From: Promethearchaeota archaeon
Lineage (GTDB): Archaea; Asgardarchaeota; Lokiarchaeia; Sigyniarchaeales; SOKP01
Length of the DNA: 64,000 bases
NCBI GenBank assembly: GCA_030603385.1
Contig: JAUVXW010000002.1
Coordinates: 1-64,000 of the forward strand
Direction of reading: 5' to 3'
The translations under genes and the position numbers were made by a program. The notes beneath the pieces were generated by a model. That model was not told where the DNA came from and did not search any database. It saw only the letters and a program-made list of their open reading frames with translations. How positions within the stretch are numbered: the stretch's first letter is position 1; each line of letters starts with the position of its first letter. This document shows positions 42,176-52,375 of this stretch, piece by piece.

Positions 42176-43456
42176 TTAGACTTTCCCTAAAATATGTACA
42201 CAAAGTGCTGCTTCTCCAGGACCTAAATTACCTCCTCCATTATGAGCTAGAGCTATTTTAGCATTCTTAATCTGTCTTTTACCAGCTTCACCACGTAATT
42301 GTGTGACCAATTCATACAATTGTGCAAGTCCAGATGCTCCAATAGGATGTCCTCGAGCTAAAAGACCACCACTAGGGTTAACAGCTACTTTTCCATCGAG
42401 TTGTGTAGCACCACTTTCAATAAATGGTCCACCTTGTCCAACAGGGCAGAAGCCTAACTTTTCAATTATATCAAGTTCTGCGTACGCAGTTGCATCATGA
42501 ACCTCTGCTACATCAATATCTTCTGGACCAAGCCCAGCCATTTCATAAGCAGCAGTAGAAGCAACCCCAATTGCATTATATGGTTTCAATGAACCTGATC
42601 TTAATATTGAGGCTCGCACTATAATTGCTCTTTTCTTTAATTCTGGGGTTTTTTCTAAGTATTTCTCTGAACAAAGTATCGCTGCAGCAGACCCATCTCC
42701 GATTGGAGCACACATTGCTCTTGTTAATGGATAAGCAACAACGTAATCTTCCATAACTTGCTCTACAGTCTGAGGAAATGTATACTGAGCTAAAGGATTC
42801 ATTGTAGAATTATTATGATTTTTTGCTGCGATCATAGCAATTTGCTTTTGGGTGGTTCCATACCTCTTCATGTGAGCTCGAGCCCCCATTGCATAAAAAT
42901 CCATAAATATGCTGTGATCCTTATTTTTTGGCTTATCTCCTTTACCCTTTTCCTTTGTCGCTTGTTTATTTCCCTCTGCAATTTGCTTTTTCAATTGATC
43001 TATCATGTTAAGAGTAGCTTCAACATCTGTACCAGATATAAAGCCTGACATTCTACCAAGTCCAGGTATCCCCCCGCCAGACACTCGGGGGGGTTTATCG
43101 AAATACATTTTTTCAGTACCAACTGCTAATGCAACATCATACATCCCAGCTTTAACAGAGATGAATGCATTATTAAAGGCAGTGCTACCGCCAGCGCATG
43201 CATTTTCTACATTTGTAATGGGGATTTTATCAATACCATGTGCACTTAGTGCTACTTGGCCTCGAATACAATGTTGATATTCAGATTGACCCCAACCTGA
43301 ATTACTAAACCAAGCGGCGTCTAAATCACTTTTATTTAGACCACAATCCTTTATGGCTAACTCAACAGATTCACCAGTCATACTTTTCATGGTTTTATCA
43401 GGATTCTTGCCGAATTTGATGTGTCCAACCCCAATAACATATATTTTTTCACTCAT
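42176..43456 (-). CDS. Thiolase, SCP2/SCP-x type
   Basis: VENACAGG, AEVHDA, GHPIGASG, HNGGG. Confidence 0.9.
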   Translation of the reverse strand: MSEKIYVIGVGHIKFGKNPDKTMKSMTGESVELAIKDCGLNKSDLDAAWFSNSGWGQSEYQHCIRGQVALSAHGIDKIPITNVENACAGGSTAFNNAFISVKAGMYDVALAVGTEKMYFDKPPRVSGGGIPGLGRMSGFISGTDVEATLNMIDQLKKQIAEGNKQATKEKGKGDKPKNKDHSIFMDFYAMGARAHMKRYGTTQKQIAMIAAKNHNNSTMNPLAQYTFPQTVEQVMEDYVVAYPLTRAMCAPIGDGSAAAILCSEKYLEKTPELKKRAIIVRASILRSGSLKPYNAIGVASTAAYEMAGLGPEDIDVAEVHDATAYAELDIIEKLGFCPVGQGGPFIESGATQLDGKVAVNPSGGLLARGHPIGASGLAQLYELVTQLRGEAGKRQIKNAKIALAHNGGGNLGPGEAALCVHILGKV

Positions 43457-43633
43457 TTGTAATTATCACTTATTTTTACTTTGTTTTATCAAAATTAATA
43501 AGAAAATAAGAATCTTCTCTTTAAGACAATTAAAGATGTGCTTGATAATACATTTAGTTACATGAATATACTTAGAATAATAAATCAGAAATTAAAAAAA
43601 AATTAATTAAAATAAGAAAAAGAATTAATAAAT

Positions 43634-44143
43634 TTAACAACATCCACCATCGTGGCTATGCTCATGTCCAGATCCACAACCACATGCGGTAGGTGGATCA
43701 GGTTCACAATCTGTTTCGACAATCTTGATTTTAAAATTTAGAACTTTACCTGCCATAGGATGATTTAAATCGATAATTACCTCATCCTCTTCAATTGATT
43801 TTATTGAAGCGGGCATTTGACCCTGTGGTCCCATAACCATCAACATTAAACCAGGTTGGAGGTCAACTCCCTTAGGAAATTGTGCTTTTGGAACTCTTTG
43901 AGTTATTCCTTCCTTAAGTTCACCGTATGCTTCGGAAGGCTCGAGTTTGATTGTATATTCATCGCCAATATTCTTATCTATAACAGAGTCATCGAATCCC
44001 TTAACAAGTTGCCCCATTCCTACTTGAAATTTTAAGGGGGCCCCTCCATTTACTTCTGTACTATCAAAAACCGTTCCATCGTTAAAAGTCCCTATGTATT
44101 CGACTTTAATCCATTCTCCTTTTTTTACTGCCATTCTTATCAA
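43634..44143 (-). CDS. slyD: FKBP-type peptidyl-prolyl isomerase SlyD with His/Cys metal-binding tail
   Basis: DGTVFDST, EAYG, DLNHPMAGKVLNF; tail CGCGSGHEHSHDGGCC. Confidence 0.9.
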   Translation of the reverse strand: MIRMAVKKGEWIKVEYIGTFNDGTVFDSTEVNGGAPLKFQVGMGQLVKGFDDSVIDKNIGDEYTIKLEPSEAYGELKEGITQRVPKAQFPKGVDLQPGLMLMVMGPQGQMPASIKSIEEDEVIIDLNHPMAGKVLNFKIKIVETDCEPDPPTACGCGSGHEHSHDGGCC

Positions 44144-44218
44144 ATTTTTAAGTATTAAGAAGATAATCGAATGATGACTTAAGAGTTAATTGATTATAAT
44201 TTAATAATATTGAACTAT

Positions 44219-44241
44219 TAATGGTGCCACGTGCACCATTA
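44219..44241. repeat. Perfect 9-bp inverted repeat (hairpin or operator)
   Basis: TAATGGTGC-CACGT-GCACCATTA in AT-rich intergenic DNA upstream of slyD. Confidence 0.6.
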
Positions 44242-44344
44242 GATGTGGAAGGCTTAGAATAAATTAAATACATATTATTCAAGGTGTCTATGATCGCTGT
44301 AGATAAGGAAATTTAAGCAATTAGATTAGAAAATTAGTTAATTC

Positions 44345-44890
44345 TCACAATTTTTTTATAGCTTCTAATCCCGCATTATAAGCTTTTGTCATCAAATTAC
44401 CATTGTTTTTAACTTCACCCCGTCGGTTAAAACCTGGTGCAAGTACGGTTTCAATTAACTCTATACTTAAGTAATTTAAAACATCTGTAAGAAGCCCAGT
44501 TGTGTGTCGTGCGTACCTTTCATGACCTCCACCTAATGGGATTACAAGTATAACATGTTTTCCCTTGAAGGTTTGGTGTTTTGGGTGATACCATCTATCT
44601 AAAAAGGTTTTAAATTGCGCTGTCGGACCCCACCAATATATAGGGGTACCTAAAATCCACAACTCACTTTGTTCCATTTTATCTAGTAGTGCTGGCATAT
44701 CATCTTTATGCATGCAATTTCCTGTTTTATGACAAGTATTACATGCCTGACAAGGTTTAATGTCTAATTTATTCAATATAACTTTTTCAATTGATGCTCC
44801 CGCTTCTTTTGCTCCAGCCAATACTTCATCTACTAATATTTCAGTGTTTCCACCAAGTCGAGGACTCCCAACAATTCCTAAAACTTGCAT
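44345..44890 (-). CDS. Iron-sulfur flavoprotein / flavodoxin family (Isf-like)
   Basis: GSPRLGGNT, CQACNTC…C, GTPIYW, FLDR. Confidence 0.88.
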   Translation of the reverse strand: MQVLGIVGSPRLGGNTEILVDEVLAGAKEAGASIEKVILNKLDIKPCQACNTCHKTGNCMHKDDMPALLDKMEQSELWILGTPIYWWGPTAQFKTFLDRWYHPKHQTFKGKHVILVIPLGGGHERYARHTTGLLTDVLNYLSIELIETVLAPGFNRRGEVKNNGNLMTKAYNAGLEAIKKL

Positions 44891-45020
44891 AATTATACTA
44901 TTATAATTAGCTTAAAATAGTTATCGATTAGTCAAGGAGTAGGTCTGAAGCATTTTAAAATGGAGAAAAAAATAGAAAAATAAAAAAAAATGTCTTTTTA
45001 TCTGTTTTAAAATAAATTTA

Positions 45021-45971
45021 TTATGAAATATCACGTTTTTTCAAGTATAGTGCCCCAACAACTAAAAAGACCACCGCAATCACAATTAAATAAATAAACG
45101 AAACCAGAGGATCATAGTAATTAGTTCTCTCATAGTCACCCCCACCTTCCCAATCAATTGTAGTAATACCAAACATCCAAAAAATTTGGCCAAAATAATC
45201 CAAAATTTCCGGAACAAATGATTCTCCGATCCATAAAAAAATATTAGCAAAATGATAACCAAGGTCGAAATTATACAGTAAGTATTTTTCATACCAATTT
45301 TTTCCTCCGGGCATAAATAAGAGTGGCTTAAACATCATCATAACAAGAAACGAAAAGATTACCAACGCAAGCGGGAGCATTAAGACATTTCGAGGCCTTC
45401 TAAATATCGATGAGAAACCCATAGTTACTCCTCCAAAGAACAATGTAATAACTAAGGAATAGAGAAGGAATATCCCAAAATATTCACCAATATCAGCGAA
45501 AGGAAATTTTATTACTGCGAATAAGGAAATTATAGATAAACTCAGAAAACTTACTACTATTCCAAATACATAAAGAGCGATAAATTTACTCAGTACTATT
45601 CTTGTTCGATTAATTGGTTTGCTTACTAGAAATAACAATGTTCCCGATCTTAATTCTTCAGAAATTAAGGGTCCTGTAGCACCTATAATAATAATTGGAA
45701 ACATAATAGCAAAATTATAATACCATGTAGTAAATCCTAATAATTGTACTACATATTCATCCCCAGAAAGTACATCAGATGGTGTGAAAGCTAATATTAA
45801 TGCAGGAACTAGCACCATAAAAACAACAGACATTATAAGTCTTTTTACAGTACATAAATCAAAAATTAGCGTCTTTTTGAACAATGCGAAAGAGGGTGTT
45901 GAGCTTATTCCGGGAAATGGATTTATTTCTCTAAGTTTTGGTTTAACTGGATTGGATTCGGTAGCATTCAT
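45021..45971 (-). CDS. ABC-2 type transporter permease
   Basis: ISEELRSGTLLFLVSKPINRTRIVLSKF; ends KKRDIS. Confidence 0.88.
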   Translation of the reverse strand: MNATESNPVKPKLREINPFPGISSTPSFALFKKTLIFDLCTVKRLIMSVVFMVLVPALILAFTPSDVLSGDEYVVQLLGFTTWYYNFAIMFPIIIIGATGPLISEELRSGTLLFLVSKPINRTRIVLSKFIALYVFGIVVSFLSLSIISLFAVIKFPFADIGEYFGIFLLYSLVITLFFGGVTMGFSSIFRRPRNVLMLPLALVIFSFLVMMMFKPLLFMPGGKNWYEKYLLYNFDLGYHFANIFLWIGESFVPEILDYFGQIFWMFGITTIDWEGGGDYERTNYYDPLVSFIYLIVIAVVFLVVGALYLKKRDIS

Positions 45972-46954
45972 TCATTATTCACCTCCTCTTCCATTATTTC
46001 GATAAATATATCCTGTAAAGACGTTTCAGGTTGATGAAACTCTCGTAAAATTACGTTATTATCTATAATCATTTTAGGAATAGCCTTCTGAAGCATTTCG
46101 ATATCTTTTGATAATATGTATATTTTTTTATCATTCTCATCAATCCAGGTATTAGTAACAAAATCCTTTTCCTTCAATTGTTGAATTACTCTTTCATTTG
46201 AACTTGTGTCTAAAATAATGATGTTGCGACCCCCTTTGATAGAATGCATCTTTTTAATATTCTTAATAGTATCTGCTAGGACTATTTTTCCTTTATTAAT
46301 CATCGTGACGTTTACGCACATTTGTTCTATTTCAGATAATATATGGCTTGAAACAAAAACACTCACTTCTTTTGATAATGTTTTAATATCACCTATAACC
46401 TTTTTTCGTCCTATAGGATCTAAATTCGATGTTGGTTCATCCAATATTAATATCTCGGGTTCATGTATGAGAGCTGCTGCAATACCGACTCGTTGTTTCA
46501 TTCCTTCTGAATATTTTTCAATTCTTCTTTCTCGAGCACCCATTAATTCTAATTTCTCTAGCAATTCAAGAGTTCTTTTCTTAGCTTCACTGCTTCTCAA
46601 TCCACTTAGTTCTCCTATATAATTTAAATATTGTTCTCCACTCATATTATCATAAAATGCGGGATCCTGAGGTAAAAATCCTATTATTCGGCGCGCTCTT
46701 AAAGAACCAGCATCTTTACCTTTAATACTTGCTTTACCTTCTGTAATTGAAATTGCCCCTATTAGCATATTGATTGTTGAAGTTTTTCCTGCACCGTTTG
46801 GACCTAAAAAACCATGAACTCCTGGTTCCGTAGAAATATCAATTTTATTCACTGCCTTTAAACTAGTTTCTCCCCGTCCATAAATTTTGGTCAGTTTATG
46901 AGTCCAAATTTCTGGTGTTGAAGATTTTTCTTCGATCATTTTTTTTTGCACCAA
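45968..46954 (-). CDS. ABC transporter ATP-binding protein
   Basis: GPNGAGKT, YSEGMKQR, ILDEP, SSH. Confidence 0.92.
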   Translation of the reverse strand: MVQKKMIEEKSSTPEIWTHKLTKIYGRGETSLKAVNKIDISTEPGVHGFLGPNGAGKTSTINMLIGAISITEGKASIKGKDAGSLRARRIIGFLPQDPAFYDNMSGEQYLNYIGELSGLRSSEAKKRTLELLEKLELMGARERRIEKYSEGMKQRVGIAAALIHEPEILILDEPTSNLDPIGRKKVIGDIKTLSKEVSVFVSSHILSEIEQMCVNVTMINKGKIVLADTIKNIKKMHSIKGGRNIIILDTSSNERVIQQLKEKDFVTNTWIDENDKKIYILSKDIEMLQKAIPKMIIDNNVILREFHQPETSLQDIFIEIMEEEVNNE

Positions 46955-47112
46955 AATTTAAAAATTTATTTTTAAAAAATGGATAATTCGTATGGTTTTT
47001 TAATATGCGTTATATTAAATGTTTTCTGATTTACAACTTATTCAAGAAAAATTTTATTGATATTAGCATTAAAAGCTATTTTTACTTCCTGTTTGGTCTT
47101 TTTTAAAGAAAA

Positions 47113-47811
47113 CTAAAGATCATAAAGATAAGCTCTTCCTCTTTTTCCAATTACTTTAAGCATTCCCATTTTTCTTAAGCAATAGCTCATTTTTCGAGCT
47201 AATCTTAAAGGTTTCTTAAGTGAATGTGCTAATTCAAAATTAGTAAAAGGAGGTTCTAAACTTTTAGGAATGAAATTTAAGAAGTCAGATGGATTTCTAA
47301 ATTCCTTCCTTTCTAACACACTTATTAATTTTTTATCATAAATACTCCAACCTTTTCTTCTCCAACTCCCGTTGCCACTATTTTCACGAACTTCTTCTAT
47401 TTGAACCAAAATTATTTCAATTTCGAAATTTGGATGAGAAATCATATCTGGGATTCTAATCAATTCCTCAAAAATATCTATATAAGAACAATGTTTTGGA
47501 GATAATCTTCTTCGAATAGTTTTATCCAATTGAGTATCTATATTAATAATCCATTTATCCTGAACAATAGGATGAACTAAACGAACTTTATGATTTTGTA
47601 CTAGTTTTTCAAGCTTTCTTCTAATATTGGAAAAATTAGCTGTTTGTATCTCAATTAAAAAATCATCTCGGACAATATCTATTACAAAATTTTCAACCCG
47701 CTTTTCTAGTTGATCATGAGATTCACTAAGTAACCATTTTAAATCAGCATGAAGAGTACTTTCGTGTAATGTTCCAATGTTATGTGGTTTACTTAAAATT
47801 AGTTCTTTCAC
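47113..47811 (-). CDS. Putative PD-(D/E)xK-fold nuclease-like protein with C-terminal wHTH
   Basis: IGTLHESTLHADLK…IDIVRDDFLIEIQT; C-terminal LARKMSYCLRKMG..GKRGRAYLY. Confidence 0.55.
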   Translation of the reverse strand: MKELILSKPHNIGTLHESTLHADLKWLLSESHDQLEKRVENFVIDIVRDDFLIEIQTANFSNIRRKLEKLVQNHKVRLVHPIVQDKWIINIDTQLDKTIRRRLSPKHCSYIDIFEELIRIPDMISHPNFEIEIILVQIEEVRENSGNGSWRRKGWSIYDKKLISVLERKEFRNPSDFLNFIPKSLEPPFTNFELAHSLKKPLRLARKMSYCLRKMGMLKVIGKRGRAYLYDL

Positions 47812-47942
47812 TTTATCATTGATATAAAAATTTTAAATTAAAATGGACATAATATCGAAATGTTCTCAATAAAAAATGGTCTATTCAAATTATTATTATG
47901 ATTAATTGTGATTTTTTAATCTAAAATCTTATCTCTTGATTC

Positions 47943-48761
47943 TTATAAACCAATCAAATCTTTTAATTTGTTAAATTCATCTTCTTGAGCTTTTTCCATT
48001 TCATTTTTTTCAAAATCTACTTCTTGTTTCCAATTCATCTTTTTTAATTTTTCATCAGCCATCAAACCAAGCTCAGTTATATAATAACTTTTAGCAGGCG
48101 AAAATTCTCTAAGAAATCCCTTTTTTTTTAGTTCGGTGAAAAGATGCCATCCTTTCGTACCTTTGGTACATTTATTTAAATAATTAAGAATTTTTTTATG
48201 AATAACTCCATTAATATCTTCAGTTCTTTTATTAAAAATAATTTCTTTATCATTCCGAACATATAATAGAAAATCATGAAGTGGATCATTTTGCTTTTTC
48301 TCTTGTAATTCTCCAACTATATTATTATAGTCTTCCTTTTCGATCTCCATGTCATCTAGTTCCCCTATTGACTGTTTAGCAAATTCAAGGCAAATGCGTA
48401 GCTTTTCTTCGTAATCATTGCATCCTTCTTCTGGGGTTATACTTTCTGTTAGTTCTATGAGTTCATTTTTCTTTCTTTTCCTTCTCCGGATCTCAACTTT
48501 TAGAAAATCTATTTTTTCTTGATATTTCTCATAAAAATAATTCTCAAATTTGTCAAGATAAAAGATATAGGTTTTTACAGCATTCTGATCAATTATTAAT
48601 CCTTTATCTATTAGAGGTCGAATTTCAGCATATTTTCTGTTAATATCCCCCAAAAACACCGAAGTTCTCTTTGTAGATCTCTTAAAATAACTAATTAATT
48701 CAATATTTTTTACATTATCATCAAATATCATCTCTATTCGTTGTTCAAGAGATTTTTCCAT
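47943..48761 (-). CDS. Hypothetical protein with possible C-terminal winged helix
   Basis: ELKKKGFL…YYITELG near the C-terminus. Confidence 0.55.
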   Translation of the reverse strand: MEKSLEQRIEMIFDDNVKNIELISYFKRSTKRTSVFLGDINRKYAEIRPLIDKGLIIDQNAVKTYIFYLDKFENYFYEKYQEKIDFLKVEIRRRKRKKNELIELTESITPEEGCNDYEEKLRICLEFAKQSIGELDDMEIEKEDYNNIVGELQEKKQNDPLHDFLLYVRNDKEIIFNKRTEDINGVIHKKILNYLNKCTKGTKGWHLFTELKKKGFLREFSPAKSYYITELGLMADEKLKKMNWKQEVDFEKNEMEKAQEDEFNKLKDLIGL

Positions 48762-48863
48762 AATCTATTGTATAGTGTCACTACAATTTTAAAATATTAT
48801 TTAATTCGATAGTAATTTCGTTATCAAAGTTTCTTAATATATTAGAATATAATTGGATTTACT

Positions 48864-50285
48864 CTAGAATTGAATGGGTTTGTATTTGATTTGTGATTCT
48901 TTACCACGTTCTATATAAAAAAAGTCAGATTTCTCTGGTTTAAACTCATTATTTAAGAATTCAATTACTTTCAACCCTTTCGAATAATCATCACAAATAA
49001 AAATATCTATGCTAATATACCCATGTTCTGGCCACGTATGAATTGCAGCATGACTGGTTTCTAAAACTGCAATAGCACTATATCCATGAGGTTTGTAATA
49101 ATGATTGTAGATATCAAGAATTTTTAAATCAGCATTAATAAGAGAATCTAGAAATATTTTTTGAATTATTTCATTTTCCAACAAGAATTCTTGGTTATTA
49201 AAATACATTTCTCCTACAAAATGATATCCTACAGGACGAAAAGGAGATTTAATTATATTTTTTACTTCAGAGGTATATATAGGGAGAGAGGATAAACTAA
49301 TATTGAACTTGTTTTGTGGAGTTATTACTGATTGTAGGTAGTAAAGATGACTAAATTTTCCAATTATACTTGCACCCTCATAATGATTGAAATCAGGTAT
49401 CATTTCATTAATAATGAATCCATGATCTAATATTGATAATTGTAATTTCTGCATCTGTTCTGGAGGTTTATTTCCAAAACTAAGAAAACACTTCTTTCCT
49501 ACTACCGGATGATCTTTACCATCGATATTGATTGTGGATTTTAACACTTGCTTTGCTCTTTTCAAAAATAATCTTAATCCTTCATTAGTATAAGGAGGGT
49601 CCGTTACAACTATATCGTATTTATTAACTATCTCATTTGGGCACGGTTTTCTTAAATCATGGGAGAGAACGTTAGAATTCTTTAATGAGAGTTTTTCTGC
49701 TGATTGCGAGAGAAAATCTAAGATTCTATCATCAATATCAACAATTGTGATTTCTTTTGCTAATTTGGTTAATCCTATGGCTAATGAGATAATATCATCA
49801 TCACCTAAGAAAATCAGCTTTCTTCCCTCGATATCTCCTTTCTTTAGCAAGTACAGCGTCTTTTTTATCACTGTCGAGAAATCAGCATGGGATTGGTCAA
49901 GGGCATATTCAGGAGTTGGTCGATTCTTAAGAAACTCTTTGATTTTATTTAGATAAGCAAATTCTTTTGGTAGTTCTTTTATAGTACTATCGAAATTATC
50001 CGGAACAGGATCATAATCAAAGTTCAGATTTAATTTTGATTTTACCCATTCTCTACCCTTTTCGCCAAGGAAGTTCCTTTTCTCAATAATTCCAGCTTTT
50101 ACTAACTCATTTCTTACAGCAGCAAGTGTAGGAATTGCAATTCCTGTTTTCTGCGATAATATTTTATTTTTAAGGGAAGGAAATCGATACATAAATAACA
50201 AAATTGAGCGAACTCCTTCAACACTTTCAGCTAAATGAGCTCTTTCAGCCACCAATGTCAGTACTTTTTCTGCTTCTTCAACCAT
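48864..50285 (-). CDS. Fusion: HTH + branched-chain polyamine synthase (BpsA-like) + pyruvoyl-dependent AdoMet decarboxylase (SpeD-like)
   Basis: LDQ, GDIEGRKLIFLGDDD, VDIDDR, TDPPYT (BpsA); PHGYSAIAVLETSHAAIHTWPEHGYISIDIFIC (SpeD). Confidence 0.85.
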   Translation of the reverse strand: MVEEAEKVLTLVAERAHLAESVEGVRSILLFMYRFPSLKNKILSQKTGIAIPTLAAVRNELVKAGIIEKRNFLGEKGREWVKSKLNLNFDYDPVPDNFDSTIKELPKEFAYLNKIKEFLKNRPTPEYALDQSHADFSTVIKKTLYLLKKGDIEGRKLIFLGDDDIISLAIGLTKLAKEITIVDIDDRILDFLSQSAEKLSLKNSNVLSHDLRKPCPNEIVNKYDIVVTDPPYTNEGLRLFLKRAKQVLKSTINIDGKDHPVVGKKCFLSFGNKPPEQMQKLQLSILDHGFIINEMIPDFNHYEGASIIGKFSHLYYLQSVITPQNKFNISLSSLPIYTSEVKNIIKSPFRPVGYHFVGEMYFNNQEFLLENEIIQKIFLDSLINADLKILDIYNHYYKPHGYSAIAVLETSHAAIHTWPEHGYISIDIFICDDYSKGLKVIEFLNNEFKPEKSDFFYIERGKESQIKYKPIQF

Positions 50286-50534
50286 TATCTATTTGCTTTA
50301 ATGATTATAATTTCAATTCCATGAATTATAGTTTCTTTTCTTTTTTCTTTTTTATGATTATATAATAAATTAATATAAAAAAATAGATATTCCTCTAAAA
50401 GATCCGAAGCCATTGAAATTAGTTTTTAAAAAAGTAAATATTTATGAGCTACAAGACATAACATTCTATATCCTTTTTAGAGAAGAGGAGTTATTCAAGA
50501 TATTATCAAACATAAAGATTTAAATGATGTTAGG

Positions 50535-50963
50535 ATGGTAGATAATAATTTAGTAGCTCCATGTGGAATATATTGTGGAGCTTGTAGACAATATCTTCTC
50601 TGGAAAAAGGATTTACTTGAAGAGAGAGGTTATAAAATAGGATGTAAGGGATGTAGAATCAGAAATAAAAACTGTGCTTTTATCAGAAGAGATTGCTCAG
50701 CGCTTAGAAAGAAGGAAATTGAGTTTTGCTATGAATGCAATAAATTTCCTTGTCAAAATTTAAAAAAAATTGATTCTCATTATCAAGAAAGGTATAATGT
50801 TAATATGATTAATAACTTAAAAAGAATTGAAGAGATAGGAGCCGAAAATTGGCTAAAAGAGCAAGTGGATCTCTATACTTGTCCTGAATGTCAGGGTGAA
50901 ATTTGCGTTCACGATGCGGAATGCTATGATTGTGGTAAGAAAATTAATCCAAATAAAACATAA
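50535..50963 (+). CDS. DUF3795-like Cys-rich protein
   Basis: APCGIYCGAC, CKGC, FCYECNKFPC, CPEC…CYDC. Confidence 0.8.
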   Translation: MVDNNLVAPCGIYCGACRQYLLWKKDLLEERGYKIGCKGCRIRNKNCAFIRRDCSALRKKEIEFCYECNKFPCQNLKKIDSHYQERYNVNMINNLKRIEEIGAENWLKEQVDLYTCPECQGEICVHDAECYDCGKKINPNKT

Positions 50964-51028
50964 TGATGTAAAGACTGTCTTGTACGGGTGGAAATATTAT
51001 AAAAATATAATGGAGGAATGAAGAGGAA

Positions 51029-51700
51029 ATGTCTGAAGAAATATTAAGGGCACTGGATGCCGATGGACTACGATCAGTTTTTCTCAAGTATACGAGAAAA
51101 GCATTTGAAAGTATTCCAGAGATGGATAAACCTCGTATCCTCGACATTGGATGCGGCACGGGAATGCCCACTTTAGAGTTAGCGAAGTTAAGTAATGGTG
51201 AGGTAACTGGAATTGACATTGATCAGGGAGCCCTGGATAAATTAAATCTTAAGATTAAGCAAGAAGGTCTTTCAGGCATGATTAAAGTGTATAATCGTTC
51301 AGTATATGATACAAATTTTGAGGATGAGACGTTTGATATCGTTTGGGAGGAAGGAGTCATACATTTGCTTGATCTCACGAAAGCCTTAACAGAATGTAAT
51401 AGAGTGCTGAAACTGAATGGCTTCATGGTTACAGGTGAAGCGACTAACTGGGCAAATAGGAAGCTCAAATATTTCCCTAAATTTGGCTTTAAACTCATCA
51501 AGCAAATACCTTGGGAAAAAGAATGTTGGTGGACACAATATTATTCCCCCTTGGAGGAAAAGATTAATATTTTACGTAAAAAATATGATAATTTCGATGA
51601 TATTGAAGAAATTAAACGTCATGTAATGGAAATCGAGATGGTCAAGAAAGATCCTACGGGATTTGATTGTGTAACTTATATAATGCAAAAAATCAATTAG
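51029..51700 (+). CDS. Class I SAM-dependent methyltransferase
   Basis: ILDIGCGTG, GIDID, FDIVWEEG. Confidence 0.88.
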   Translation: MSEEILRALDADGLRSVFLKYTRKAFESIPEMDKPRILDIGCGTGMPTLELAKLSNGEVTGIDIDQGALDKLNLKIKQEGLSGMIKVYNRSVYDTNFEDETFDIVWEEGVIHLLDLTKALTECNRVLKLNGFMVTGEATNWANRKLKYFPKFGFKLIKQIPWEKECWWTQYYSPLEEKINILRKKYDNFDDIEEIKRHVMEIEMVKKDPTGFDCVTYIMQKIN

Positions 51701-51772
51701 AAAAAGAAATGAGTTAAAAAACGGATGATAAAAGTTGTTGGAGCGACTATTATCCAAAGAAATTTAGTCCAT

Positions 51773-52366
51773 TTAATATCTTTCTTTTATTATTTTATTA
51801 TAAAAATCTAAAATCATTTGATGTCTCTCAACTGCCATTTGTTTTGAGACATCCAAATATAATTGATCTTTAAGTTTCATAATTTTATCTTCCAGGTGTT
51901 CAATAACTTGTTCAAGTCCTCCTTGATTTTTTACTGTAAAACCTATAGTGCGATACAGTCCAACTGCTCCCAGAGCAACCATTTTATCAGCATCTGATAA
52001 GATTTTTGCTTCAAGAGTTCTGGAAACTACATTATTAGAAAAAGAATGTGCCCTTATGCAATGAATGATATTTTCAATATCATTCTGAGTTATGTTAAAA
52101 TCTTCAGATTTTAAGAAATCTAACGCCATATCAGCAGATATTTCAGCATGATTCTTATTAAAAATCGCTTGATTCTCATTACTTCTACCAATATCGTGTA
52201 ATAATGCTGCAATTTTAAGTAATAACAGATTTGCTCCTAGTTCTTTTCCTAACTGGAGACACAAATTAAAAACACGTTCTACATGTGGGAAACCATGAAT
52301 ATCATCTTTTTCTGATTTCTTTAGTGCGTAATCTCTAACAATTGATACTATATCTTTTTCTAACAT
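51773..52366 (-). CDS. HD-domain phosphohydrolase
   Basis: HGFPHVERV, LLHDIGR, HSFS, DADK. Confidence 0.88.
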   Translation of the reverse strand: MLEKDIVSIVRDYALKKSEKDDIHGFPHVERVFNLCLQLGKELGANLLLLKIAALLHDIGRSNENQAIFNKNHAEISADMALDFLKSEDFNITQNDIENIIHCIRAHSFSNNVVSRTLEAKILSDADKMVALGAVGLYRTIGFTVKNQGGLEQVIEHLEDKIMKLKDQLYLDVSKQMAVERHQMILDFYNKIIKERY

Positions 52367-52375
52367 AGTTTTTTA

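Noticed and set aside
51029-51700. Methyltransferase near the ars locus as ArsM
   Set aside because: It lacks the ArsM catalytic cysteine pattern, is on the opposite strand and is separated by two unrelated genes.
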